Source: Convolutriloba macropyga
Taxonomy: Eukaryota
Assembly (NCBI RefSeq): GCF_964194025.1
Contig: NC_134481.1
Coordinates: forward strand, 22,940,001-23,004,000
DNA length: 64,000 nt
Direction of reading: 5' to 3'
Shown: one piece after another, positions 12,100 to 22,700 of the stretch
Numbering within the stretch: position 1 is the stretch's first letter
Layout: each line of letters starts with the position of its first letter
The notes under the pieces: generated by a model
What the model was told of the DNA's origin: nothing
The model's database searches: none
The model's input: the letters and a program-made list of their open reading frames with translations, nothing else
Translations under genes and position numbers: made by a program

Positions 12100-13401
12100 T
12101 GAATATAGTTTGGTTTTTTGAATATTTCTTTTGGTTTCAATAAAAACTTGACCGAATTTCTCTCCAATAATAAAGAATGCAACTGCTTCTGGAAGGGCTT
12201 CAGTGAAGAATAGCTTCAGAGTAATTGGCGCTCCTGCCATTTCGGGGAATAGTGTAAAATTTTTTGACGACTCTTGTGATGAGGTCGAGTCAAAATTGAC
12301 AATTAATTTGTTATCAAAATCCTCCAGAGAAATTTTGCCGCCATTTTTAATGCCCAGTGCTGTTAGTGTGTTGTGGTATATTCTGACAATATTTTTAGTG
12401 TCAATAGGTGTGCCTGCTATAGGTGAGCCATTTCCTCGTTTGATTTCAATTCTTTTTATTTTATACTTTTTGTAGAGAAAAAGGTTTGTATCCTTTGATC
12501 CTCTGAATTTATCCTTTGCTACCATGCACATTGTCAAACGCTTGATTGGCTCGGTTCCAAAAATTGATTCTTTAATGAAAGAATTTTGACCTGATTGCAT
12601 GATAAAACTTTTGCAAAGGGATTCTATATGGGGGTACCTTGCTGGTGATTCTAATAATGCCTTCTCGATTGAGAGTCGTACTGATTCAGTGACAGTTATC
12701 TTGCGAACAAACATGGACGCTTTTTCTATTACTGCCTTAAATAGTTTGTCGGTATCGTCGGCCAAGCTGATAAGACTGAATTCGTTACTTGCGCGGTAGA
12801 ATTTAACACGAATGTCAACGTCAGCGACCGTAAGTTTTTCGCAACTACAAAAGTTGACGTAAAGGGAACCATAGAGATTAAGCGTGCAATCTGACTCCAA
12901 GCGGTTTTGTAACCACTCAGAATTATTGGCATCTGACGAAGGCTCTGAGTCTTAACTGTATCCTTGACAAGCGGCCCAGGTCTCTTTGCTATCGCTGTTC
13001 GTTGTTAATTCTGTCTCAAGAAATGCTTGGTGGTGGTTGAGTTGTTGCTATCAGAAATCAAAATTCCGTTGGCGTATACTTCGACCTGTGAGAATAGGCT
13101 TTGCAGCGCATTGTTTGCAAATACAACTTTGCTTGCGTCACTTGATTTTACGCGATCTTTCCCATCTGGCTTGTAGATAGACATTTGATTTCCTAGTTCA
13201 ATATAGTTAAGATCAATGCAGTTGCGCTGATCTCCGCTGATTAAAAAGTCTAATGTTGGTCCTCTTGAACTGACTTGGTAGATTTCTTGATCGACTCCGC
13301 TCTCATAATTTACACGAGTATTAGGTTTCTCAAAAAAAGTCTAATGCTGTTTGTGTTACAGGGTTGGTGATATCTGCTGCAATGCTGGTGAACTCAGACA
13401 T
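12092..13401 (-). pseudogene. Major capsid protein (double jelly-roll, hexon-like)
   Basis: N-terminus MSEFT...ALDFFEKP...GPTLDFLISGDQRNCIDLNY (frameshifted), then the 12004-12900 frame (LYGSL..KL..DVDIRVKFYRASNEFSL..ASMFVRK..IFGTEPIKRL), typical of Polinton MCPs. Confidence 0.85.
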
Positions 13402-13419
13402 TTAGAATCTTACATTTGA

Positions 13420-13910
13420 CAAAATAACTGATCGACTGCATTTTGTCTTGGTTGTGTTCAAAGTGGTTTTGGCTGGCCTCTTACGTGATTTTATCTCTTA
13501 TCTAGTTTGTTTGTTGATAAGGGATTTTGGGTTGAGCTGCGCGTCGCCGCCGGGCGAGCGGACGGCGCGGTGACACGAGCCGTCGGACCGCCGCCGCCAG
13601 GCGATTGAGTCGATCGCAACTGTTTCGGCTGGCGGGAACGAGCCGCGGTTGTAGATTCTGAAATTCTTTTTGAAACGGATTTCTTCAATGATTGTTTTGC
13701 TGCAATAATAAGATTGCGTCCCATTTTATTGGCAAATGGCAGAGCGTACTTTTGTAGCAGTGTTAACGTACAACGACCAATTCGTACAGCTAATGCGCCC
13801 AATCCTGCGGCACCTGATCCGAACTGCCTTGCGGGACCGCCATGAGTCAGAAAGTTTTCGTGATTCCCCGCAATTTGTGCTCCATAGTGTGCGTCAATGC
13901 TTCCGAACAA
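13420..13910 (-). pseudogene. Basic virion core (pVII-like) protein
   Basis: RQFGSGAAGLG (QxGxG protease-site-like motif), then an amphipathic helix and an Arg/Lys/Ser-rich tail; lies between the minor and major capsid genes. Confidence 0.65.
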
Positions 13911-13949
13911 ACCAACTATTTTTTGGGTGGACGTTGCGAATAATGATTT

Positions 13950-14877
13950 AGTTTGGTAAAAATTGAAATTTCAATGTCAGCTAGCTTCGGCCTATTGAGA
14001 GAAATGCCTTGAGTTGTCCGGTTCGTCCCGAATGATAATGTTTATGGATTGAAATGATGACTTGACTTCATTTTTCCATTGCAAGATTGAGAACGGTTGA
14101 TGGCAAATGACCGCGCTTTTTGTCGAATTGTTTGGAAGAGCTATTGTTCTAAGAAGTGACGTTAATTTGTTCCCAAGAATCTCATCTTGTATCAAATCAT
14201 AATTGTATCAAATCAAAAATTGTGTGACACCCACCGGAGATGTCTACTGGATATTTTGGGTTGACCCCAATTTTAAGAGTTTCTGTTCCAAGAATGTTTT
14301 GCAGATCTGGTGAAAGGAGTTTTATACTTGTTGGAATTCTCTGTTCAGTTTCATCTTCTGTTAGCCGTTCATCTTCACTGGTACTGGCGGCGGTCATAAA
14401 ACCACTCATTCCCTGTTGATGCCTGGTCTTTTTGACCACTGTTGCCTAATAGCTTCAGTTTCTGACTATGGCTTGAAATGCACCAGATTATAGGCCAGTC
14501 ATTTTTTTGTTTTGTTCTAAAGCTTTTTTTGCCTTTTTCCGAAGATGGTGCTCTTTTCTGCCGGCTGGTCGACGACGGCGACGGCGCCCTATATTAGTGA
14601 AAAGTTCTTCGGCGCTTGTTGGTTCTATTGGCTCTTCATCATCAGAGGAAGAGTCTGTTTTGTCCATATGCGGCTCTATAAAACCTTGTGTAACGTTTTT
14701 AAACTTTGCTGGCCATGATATTTCGAGAAGTGCCACTCGCCATGTTCCGAATGTTTTGTTTAGATCTATTGGTTTGGCTAATAGATTTGTGAAAGACGCC
14801 ATCGATTTGCCGGGATACGTTTCCGTCGAAGCGTTGTAGACTAAATTTTTTGTAAAAGTATTTTCAGCTGGTTCCAT
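13950..14877 (-). pseudogene. Minor capsid protein (penton-like)
   Basis: N-terminal NASTETYPG..ASFTNLL..PIDL..WRVALLEISWP and C-terminal LIQDEILG..LLRTI..SINIIIRDE, separated by an acidic/basic low-complexity insert. Confidence 0.8.
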
Positions 14878-14880
14878 TTT

Positions 14881-15750
14881 TTAATTTTCCTGAAATTTTG
14901 TCAGTTCTGATTCGTAAAATCGGCCGACTATTTCTTCTCTTGGTTCGTGAGAAACAACACCGTAAGTTGGAGGATTGAGTGTGAGGACTTTGTCTATTCT
15001 GAATTTTTCGTGACTGAATTGAATTTTATAAACCCGATGAAAAGTTACGATGTTGCGTTTGATTCGAACGGTCTCATCAACTGCAAATTTGGGCTTCTGT
15101 ACCTTGTTTACGTTCAGTGAAATAAGATACCTAGTGTGCTGTTTGGTTACGCGCTTTGGAGCAAGACCTGTTATCCTGTTGGCTCGAGAGTTGACGATTT
15201 TCACAAAATTCTGCAGGTTATTTATATATGTACTGGTTTGATTTTCGTTCAAGACCTTAATTAGACTTAATTGATCGAATGTTACGCTCTGCAAACGATT
15301 TTTTTTTCATTCCGTTTGGTAAATGGCTATTTCCTGCTCGCAAAAATTTTTGAATGATCCCAAAAATTCTCTTCCGTCATCAGTCCATACTGTTTCCGGT
15401 TTAATTTTCGTCGTTACCATGGCGAAAGCGCTCCTGGTTGTTGATGCGTATTTATCTTTCATAGGCTGAACCCTATGGAATCTACTAAGTATATCGACTG
15501 GCACCAATAAGTATCGAGTGTTTCGATTTCCTGTGGACAATGATTGCATATCCGCAAGATCAGTTGACCATATTTCATTCAAACGATATGACTGTACTTT
15601 TAGGCGTGGAAAACGGTGACGTGTTTGTTTGAACTTTGTGTATGTTGAGCTTGTTGTTAGGTAAGCTTCCATTGTTTTTCGTTTTAGGCCTGTTGATTTA
15701 ACCATCCTGTTTATACTGCCATAGGCTGATGGATTATTCGTATTTGTATA
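14881..15750 (-). pseudogene. Retroviral-like (c-int) integrase
   Basis: WSTDLADM, YLLVPVDILSRF, WTDDGREF and frameshifted AERNIRSIK (D,D,E), plus the C-terminal KFAVDETVRI...GRFYESEL module. Confidence 0.93.
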
Positions 15751-16439
15751 AATTTTAATCCTTTGCAGGTCCCTGCTGTTTGTGATTGCTGACGAGAAGA
15801 CCCGGTCGTTTTTGCATTTTGTGCATGTAAAGTTTTCTCTGTCTACTCTTCAGCCTTTTCTAGCCCTGAACATTGATTTTGTACCCAACCACACATTGTG
15901 CAGTAAAACAGTGGAGTTTTTCTTGTACTTTTTCCCAACAGTCTCCTCCAGTTTTCACAGGTCAGCTTTCTCGAAGACCTGGGTTTTTGCTCAATTCCAC
16001 TGATTTGGAAAAGCAATTTAATAAGCGTTCTACTTAATATCTTTACTATCTGTAGCGGAACATGGAAAGCCAAGTGGTGTTCGAATCTTTTGCCAGCTTT
16101 CGGCTAACTGATTTGGCGGTTGTTGGCGACTAAATTCCTGCGAGTGAAATTCCGGCGAGTGTTAATTCTTCTAATACTTGATTTGCATCGTCAGTGCTAA
16201 GATTTGTTTGATGGTGTTCTCTTGCTATCATATACTCTGTTTCTTCTCCCGATTTTGGCTCCTCATTTAAAGTGGCCGCAACACGTAGTTGGTTGCGATA
16301 TCGCTTTCGTTAGATTTTCTTTTGGTTAGTAAAATTGCTTTGGTTGTTTGGGACTTTTGGTTGCTCTCGCTGGCTGCTTCGAGCAATCTGTTATAAATTT
16401 GTAATTGAATCAGAAAAAATTTCTGAGCCTCTGTGTTAT

Positions 16440-16740
16440 TGCGCATGTTCTTTTTGAAATGATTTTGAATGGGATTGTGAATTAGTTTAAATGATTGCAG
16501 GCCCTGATTGGTCGCCAGCAATTTTCGTTTTTGAGGTAATTGAACTTTCTTATCACAAAGAAGAGAAGGAATGTTTTAAATTTCTTGAACTGTTGTTTGG
16601 TTACATAAGTATTGGTTAACGAGACATTGCCTTGAACGATTTTGTATAAACAATCAACTAAAAATTTGATAAAGTTATCATCGAGATGAATAATCGCGAA
16701 GAGCTTGAACAGCTTTGAAGTTGATGAGCAGTTTGAAAGT
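16440..16740 (-). pseudogene. Small basic Maverick protein downstream of the ATPase
   Basis: Reconstructed VDCLYKIVQGNVSL..KQQFKKFK..LCDKKVQLPQKRKLLATNQG resembles the C-x-x-N-x-x-x-GNV-x-L basic protein commonly found next to Maverick ATPases. Confidence 0.55.
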
Positions 16741-17417
16741 AATCAGATGTTGTGAATTGTTCATCGAGTTCAATTTTCTTCTGTGAATTTCCTACTATAT
16801 AAAAGACGCTAAAGTCGTTTGTTAAATGTGAGCAGAATTGTAGTTGCTCGCTGCATCTGGGGTCCAAATCAATCACTGGTTGACCGACTGGTTCTTTAGT
16901 AGCTAATTTATACGCTGAGTGCACGAGATTTCTGCTTCCCAACTGACGACCTAGAACATCGACCTGAACAACATCTCGGGGAATTTGCAGTAAGAGCATA
17001 TGTGTAACATTCACGTCAATTGTTTTAGAATTTGGACTTTTTCGTACAAATTATGCTTAAATTTTTATGGCGTGTCAATTTTAGCGCCGTCCAGAAATGG
17101 CGATTCAAAAATTCTTCTTGTTGGCTAGCTTCTGCGTATACATCATCGAAAATTATCAGTTCACGATCTGTTCCGGGATTAAAATTAATCTTGTTCCAAT
17201 TGAGTCCTTCGATAAAATTTATCGTTCCTAGTTTTTCTTTGAGTTCTGTACATATTTCTTGCCAATGCGGATACACGTAAATTATTTTGTCAAAATGAGG
17301 ATAAAACAGTTCTCTTTGTTTAATTATGACATCTGCCGGCGGACGGGTTTTACCTGATCCACTGGTGCCAACCACCATCATCAGTAGATGAGGTTGAGTA
17401 ACAATTACTTTGTTCAT
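16740..17417 (-). pseudogene. A32/FtsK-like DNA packaging ATPase
   Basis: Walker A GTSGSGKT, Walker B LIIFDD, RH motif (TRHKNLS) and NVTHMLLLQIPRD..LGRQL in the next frame. Confidence 0.92.
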
Positions 17418-17660
17418 TTTGGTGTAGGAATCAAACAACCAATGCTGAAAGCTAGGACTGACCAAATTTCTAGGCGTTCTGTTGAGAATTCGGTAACGAA
17501 AAGAAAACTAAGGCTGCTTGTTATCGCTGCGAATAAAAAAATTTGTATGCTGTAAAATATTAATGACCTTTCTATGCTACCACAAAAAGTCCACGGGGGG
17601 CGCTCTTCATCGTTTTGGTCGAATATAATTTTACTAGCAATATCCAAGTGACAATCTGGA
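17414..17660 (-). CDS. Small two-transmembrane viral protein
   Basis: WTFCG..RSLIFYSIQIFLF..WSVLAFSIGCLIPTPK: two hydrophobic helices ending in G-x-x-x-P-x-P; stop overlaps the ATPase ATG. Start codon uncertain. Confidence 0.55.
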
Positions 17661-17675
17661 GAGTCAGTCGTTGTT

Positions 17676-17948
17676 TTAAGACTCTCGAGGTGTTGGTGCA
17701 GGTGGTGGAGACTGACTAGATTGGCGTGATAAAGTAACAAAATACTCTAAAAGTGTAGAAACTTCAGCTAAGAGCTCACTAACAGAAAGTGTTAGATCAA
17801 TTTCAGTTTGAGCGTGAACAAAACGTTGACCCACTTTTTTCCAGCACTGTTTTCTCAAAGTTATTTCGGTCTTGTTGGCTTGAGATAGTTGAAAAGCTGC
17901 CAGCTTAGAAATATGCAGTGTGAAATTATCGGCGTCGTAATTGATCAT
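17676..17948 (-). CDS. Hypothetical 90-aa Maverick protein
   Basis: ATG at 17948 directly follows the stop of the PLA2-like ORF; open to 17676. Confidence 0.45.
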   Translation of the reverse strand: MINYDADNFTLHISKLAAFQLSQANKTEITLRKQCWKKVGQRFVHAQTEIDLTLSVSELLAEVSTLLEYFVTLSRQSSQSPPPAPTPRES

Positions 17949-17949
17949 T

Positions 17950-18357
17950 CTAAAATGGCAATGCTTCAAAATAAGACCAAAATAAGCGCTTAAAAATGAT
18001 CCAAAATAGGACACCAGTCAAGTGCCCAAACAGAAAGTGACTAGGAAAATTTAAAACTATATACAAATATCCTGGTCCGAGTCCGTATTCCTCTTTCATG
18101 AATCCATACGCGTCATGAAGTGCAGCATGTGTTCGTAATATTTTCAAATGCTTAAGATATTCATGCAGTCTACTATTGCCTGGGCCTATTAGTCCTCCAT
18201 GCGGGGCCAGTTTGTTGATGACTTGAATGTCGGAATTGGGATCAATGAACATGCAAACTGCAAGAAATGCACTTTTTGTTGTTTCGGTCTTAGGGAAATG
18301 CTTGAAAACAATCTCCAAATTGCTCAAAACTTTATTAATATCGGGAATAAATATCAT
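17950..18357 (-). CDS. Phospholipase A2-like protein (parvovirus VP1u / adintovirus PLA2 type) with a hydrophobic C-terminus
   Basis: LIGPGN Ca-loop motif followed by AALHDAY (His-Asp dyad); intact 135-aa ATG ORF. Confidence 0.7.
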   Translation of the reverse strand: MIFIPDINKVLSNLEIVFKHFPKTETTKSAFLAVCMFIDPNSDIQVINKLAPHGGLIGPGNSRLHEYLKHLKILRTHAALHDAYGFMKEEYGLGPGYLYIVLNFPSHFLFGHLTGVLFWIIFKRLFWSYFEALPF

Positions 18358-18460
18358 TAAAATGGTAAACCAACCGCTTTACAGAACGCTTATATGGAAA
18401 GAGATAGTCAGTGAGAGTTTGTTTTTTTTTGTTATCAGTTTTCTTTTTTGTTTAGATGAG

Positions 18461-19270
18461 TCATCGGAATTTTCCGTTTCTTCCAATGAAGCATCCCAGC
18501 ATGTACATTGCGCATTGTTCTTTCCACATTGAACTTCCAAATAGGTTGAATGATCTGTTCTGTAGATCGAACCCCAGCTCTTTGCCAGAATGTCGATGTA
18601 GTCTTCCAGTGTCTGCTTGAAAAGAGTCTGTACTCTCGAGACTCTCTATCTTGGCTAATATTCTGCGCTGGAATTCCGTCATTGTAGCAGATTCTTGTCG
18701 TCTATTTGGACATGAACGTTCCATCTCCCATACTGTTTCCATCAAGCTGCTTCTTTTTGGGGAAATATCCATTACTGTATCTGCGTTTCTTGCGAATTGT
18801 TCGAAGATGTCTCCTCGTCTTGTAATATCTGGTACATTGAATTGTAGGAATTTCTGATTGAACGTTTGAAATGCGCTTGTTGGTACAAAAATTCTTGCTT
18901 TGATCTCGAACAGTACTTTGCTTTCATGGCGAATATAGGATTTGATAGTCTTCTACATGTGTTTTAGAGTATCGTTGGTATAGACCAGAATGTGTTGATG
19001 CTCAAATGATATGTCGTCGCACCATCTGTATTGCTTTTGCGTCTTTTGAGGATCATGATGTACAACTGCAAATTGCCAATCTGTAAAGTGATCAATCTAT
19101 TTTTCGAGGCCCTTCGGTTGAAATTGTGTTGCCAAATTTGAGTCTCTTGTATCAATTTTTCGTCTCTTTTTTTGCGCCTCGAATGAGAATTGTGAGGGAA
19201 TCAAAACTTGAGCACTATAGACAACGTATCGAAAATTGTCTGAATTTTCTGTGCTGCTAATCATGGCACT
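18461..19270 (-). pseudogene. Degraded Maverick accessory ORF(s) of unknown function
   Basis: The 18461-18772 frame extends upstream without stops to about 18950; adjacent 18964-19155 frame; TATATATA at 19311-19318. Confidence 0.35.
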
Positions 19271-19690
19271 TGGAGTCTGTTGAGAAATGGTTTTAGTCCG
19301 TGTTTCTTGGTATATATAGCTTTAGTTAATTGTTCAGTACTGATAATTGAGAATTGAGATTACTTTAAATTGATAAAAGTGTCTGCTGATTTACAAACAG
19401 ACAGTTTAGCCCACATGGTTATTCAAAATACCATCTGTGCCAAAGTACCTCTTCGTACGGCATTTTTGTGGATACTTTTAAATCAGTAAAAATGAAACTG
19501 CTTGTCGGGATAGTTCAATGTCATAACTATAGTGTAAACTAATCAATATGGTCGTGCCTATGGAATTGTTTAAGTTGTGTAGTTTTTGGATCTTGTAGTT
19601 CAGTGGCGTAGACGTTTTTTTTCCTATTGTAATTCAGATTGATTTTGGCTTAGGTTCGAGACTAGATAGGAGGGATCCTAAATCAGTGCG

Positions 19691-19715
19691 GTAGACCACC
19701 CCAATTTTCACTACT
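19691..19715 (-). repeat. Putative right terminus (outer TIR end) of the Maverick
   Basis: Minus strand reads AGTAGTGAAAATTGGGGTGGTCTAC, 13/16 identical to the terminus of the element at 50311. Followed by GGTGTT. The partner TIR is not in the window. Confidence 0.7.
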
Positions 19716-22700
19716 GGTGTTTCTAATAGTGAATTCAGTGTTCACGGGGCTATACTCGATACTTAGACATCCACCGAAATAAAAAGTAACAAAGTGGTCA
19801 GATGCAAACTATGCACTATAGAAAATGTGCTCGATGAAGAAACAATAAAAGGTGACATAGAATCTAACGGAACTCAATGTAACTAAGAATCATTGGAACC
19901 TCTGACCATTCCCTGGTCAAGACGGTTTTTAATCAGTTTTTATTTAACTTTATTAATTGCTCTCAAACGAAGTTTGTAGCAATTATCTTAGACCTGTCGG
20001 TCTTTTCATGCGAGCGTTCGCTTGACCGATTTTTCGTCTGACCCATTTGAGTTTTCTTCCTCAAAAACGGGAGACAGGTAGCGCCCGGCGGGCATTAAGT
20101 GTGCCGTTTTCTAACACGGAATCCTATCAAAATATTTCGAAATTTGTTCAACTAGGATGGCTAGCGTGTGAAATTGCCATGTCAACGTTACGAAGCTGTA
20201 TAGTTATCTTTCGTTTTGTACAGTTATTGATGTTCCAGGTTCAGGTAATTCTCTGGTTTCACTTTCCAGATATCTGTCAGATTGAGGCTCGATTAACCGA
20301 CTTAATTTTCGAGTCGATTAAGTTTCATTCCTTTGACCGAATATTCATTTTCTTCTCTTAGCAGTTTGTTGTTTTTAGAAGTCAATAATGTTGAAAATGA
20401 AACAGTTGCGTCTTCTATGAACAAGGCTGATAGCTCGACTTTGTTGATCTTGAAATATTGTAAAGAATTGAGTGATCAGTTGATTTTGTTAAATGTGCGA
20501 TCTAGCCAAATTATGCTGAATCTTTAATGTTATTTATCCATTTTGCTATTGGTGCAATTAACGCTATAAAAATGCTATTTCTTTGTTGTCATCTTCAATT
20601 GAACAATAAAAATTCCAATCTTAATGTTTTGGGAACCGGAAGGTCTGAGTGAGTCGTGAAGAATGAACAAATTTAAATCAGCACAAACAAAGAGGCTCGT
20701 AAATGTGCGGACGCGCATAGTATTCCGATCCCTCTCATGCCCTGTCTTTGCTCAATTTTTTTTTATCAATTGGCGATTTTTCGAAAAGTGCTCATGCTAG
20801 AAATCTATCCATTGTTCTCTCAAAGAGATTAAACAAAATATGAAATGTTCAAATTATACATATGGACCTGCCGCAATACATTTGAAGGCAAAATATTCTC
20901 AACTGTTATAGCGACCTCTATAATATAAGAAAAATTTTTGTTCTATGCAGATGTTTGAGATGTTTTTATGTGCCCTGCAAACACAAGCGAACATTTTTTT
21001 TCTAATTTTGGCAACCTGAGTGACCTTTATCTGCTCAGATTTGTAAAGATATAAATCAACATCAAAACATTGTGACCGAAAAGAAAACGCATTCCGATGA
21101 AGTTTTGATGTTCTGATGCCATTTTTTCTACCTGCAACTACTCAAAACAAAGCAAAGTTCTTTGTGCTTTGGGCAGTATTGTTTTGCAACTTGATAATTT
21201 ATAAACAGATTATGAACAATCTTGAAGAAAAATTGGTGAAAGTGCCCTATTTTGATCAAAAAGAGCAAATCAGCTTCAAAAATTAAAATTTTTTATCAGA
21301 TTAACCATTAAAATCCTTTATCAGGTTGTCTTAGTTATACGCTTGGTTTTGAAAATAAACAGCCGATAATGTTTCAAATTGCAAAGTCTCCAGAAATTTA
21401 ACATCTAAAAAGGAATTTACACAAAAGGTGCCGATTCAAGTAGGCTGCGCTCATGGAGTTCCGTTGGACGTACGAGCCTTTAATTAGCCAAATATAACAA
21501 CGTCAACAATATCGTTTCCAAACACTGTGTTGACAAGAATGCCCAATTTTTTATCATTGGCCTCTGGAATTTTTGAATGTTAGTCCTCAGGAAACCCACT
21601 GAAATCAGTTAAATTTGACTTGCGTTGTCAAGTTCACCTTAAAACTTTCGAAACTATTTGTTCCGACCCTTCTTGAGGGGGAAGGAACTATACTCAAACG
21701 GGTTTTTATTTTTATTCAGTCAATTTTGGCCGATCGATATATTCATCGTAGAGAGTTGAGACTGGTATCATTAGAAAGCTTGTCCAGCGTAGAATATGGA
21801 ATTAAAAAGATTTTTTTAACTTTCGCTTCTTACAGGGAGTTATCGAGGTTTAAATTTTGAGAAAATAGTGTGAACTCCGGCGAGATTTTATTAGCTTTTT
21901 CCGTAATTTTTGAATAAAACGACCAATTTTGCTAAAATTTGATAATTTTTTTAAAGTTTTGTTGATTTTTATTTGTAAAAACAAAAAAATCAAAAAAAAA
22001 TATTGTTTCAAAATTAAGGCTTTTTCTTCAAAAACAGCACGAAATAAGTTTCTTTAGTCCATTTTGATTAAATTTACAGGAAGTACAGACCCAAACACCA
22101 CTAAAACAATTTTTGTAGACTCAAAATGGGGCTTTTTTACTTCAAATTCCGTTGAGAGTGCTCTGTAATTAAAACTTCGCCGTTTTTTTGCTGAATTTAT
22201 TCGTTGATTATCAAAAACGCAGCATCTATTTTTGATTTTTTAACTAACAAAAAATCAATATCTGTAACATTCGAATAATTAAGTGTTCTTAAAGAACAAT
22301 AAGCATTAGCAGGGCTAGTTTTGGTTTTGGACCAATCTTGGATTGGTGTAATCCAAAAATAATTCGGATTGTAAACAGTCGGTCTTTTTTAGAAAAAAAT
22401 TTGATCTCTTCTACAATAATTAAATAACAGAACATTTCAAAAAAGCTCACTAATGATAGTTCTAATTGGGTTTCTAATTAGCTCCACATTATTGTATCTA
22501 GTTGATTACTTGAAAGCTAATGGTCGTTTTGACTTTTAAAAGTATTTGATTTTCAAATAAATAAGGACATTGATTTTTTGCCTCTATCTTTCTCTTTCTT
22601 TGGTCAACTTGTAGCTTAATGTCCGCAATGAAAGAAAGCTTCTTCTTTCTGATGAAACCAACTTCATATTTTTCTGCGGTTTTGCGCCTTAAGTTATGGC

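Larger units (their letters stand above)
1..19715. mobile_element. Decayed Maverick/Polinton (adintovirus-like endogenous DNA virus); left end outside window
   Basis: Co-located pPolB, adenain protease, major and minor capsid, integrase and packaging ATPase remnants, most with frameshifts or stops. Ends in ACTACT at 19710-19715, the canonical Maverick 3' terminus. Inclusion of 1-2870 is inferred from its position upstream of pPolB. Confidence 0.93.

Noticed and set aside
12203-18857. Plus-strand ORFs overlapping the capsid, integrase and ATPase genes
   Set aside because: Antisense shadows of the motif-bearing minus-strand genes.
19960-20560. ORFs 20047-20361 and 20333-20527 next to the Maverick end
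   Set aside because: Non-ATG starts and no motifs; may be decayed coding DNA but is unidentifiable.
21580-22100. Possible non-autonomous DNA transposon fragment (GGTATCATTAGAAAGC..GGGAGTTATCG)
   Set aside because: Only a generic resemblance; no TIR pair or TSD could be defined.
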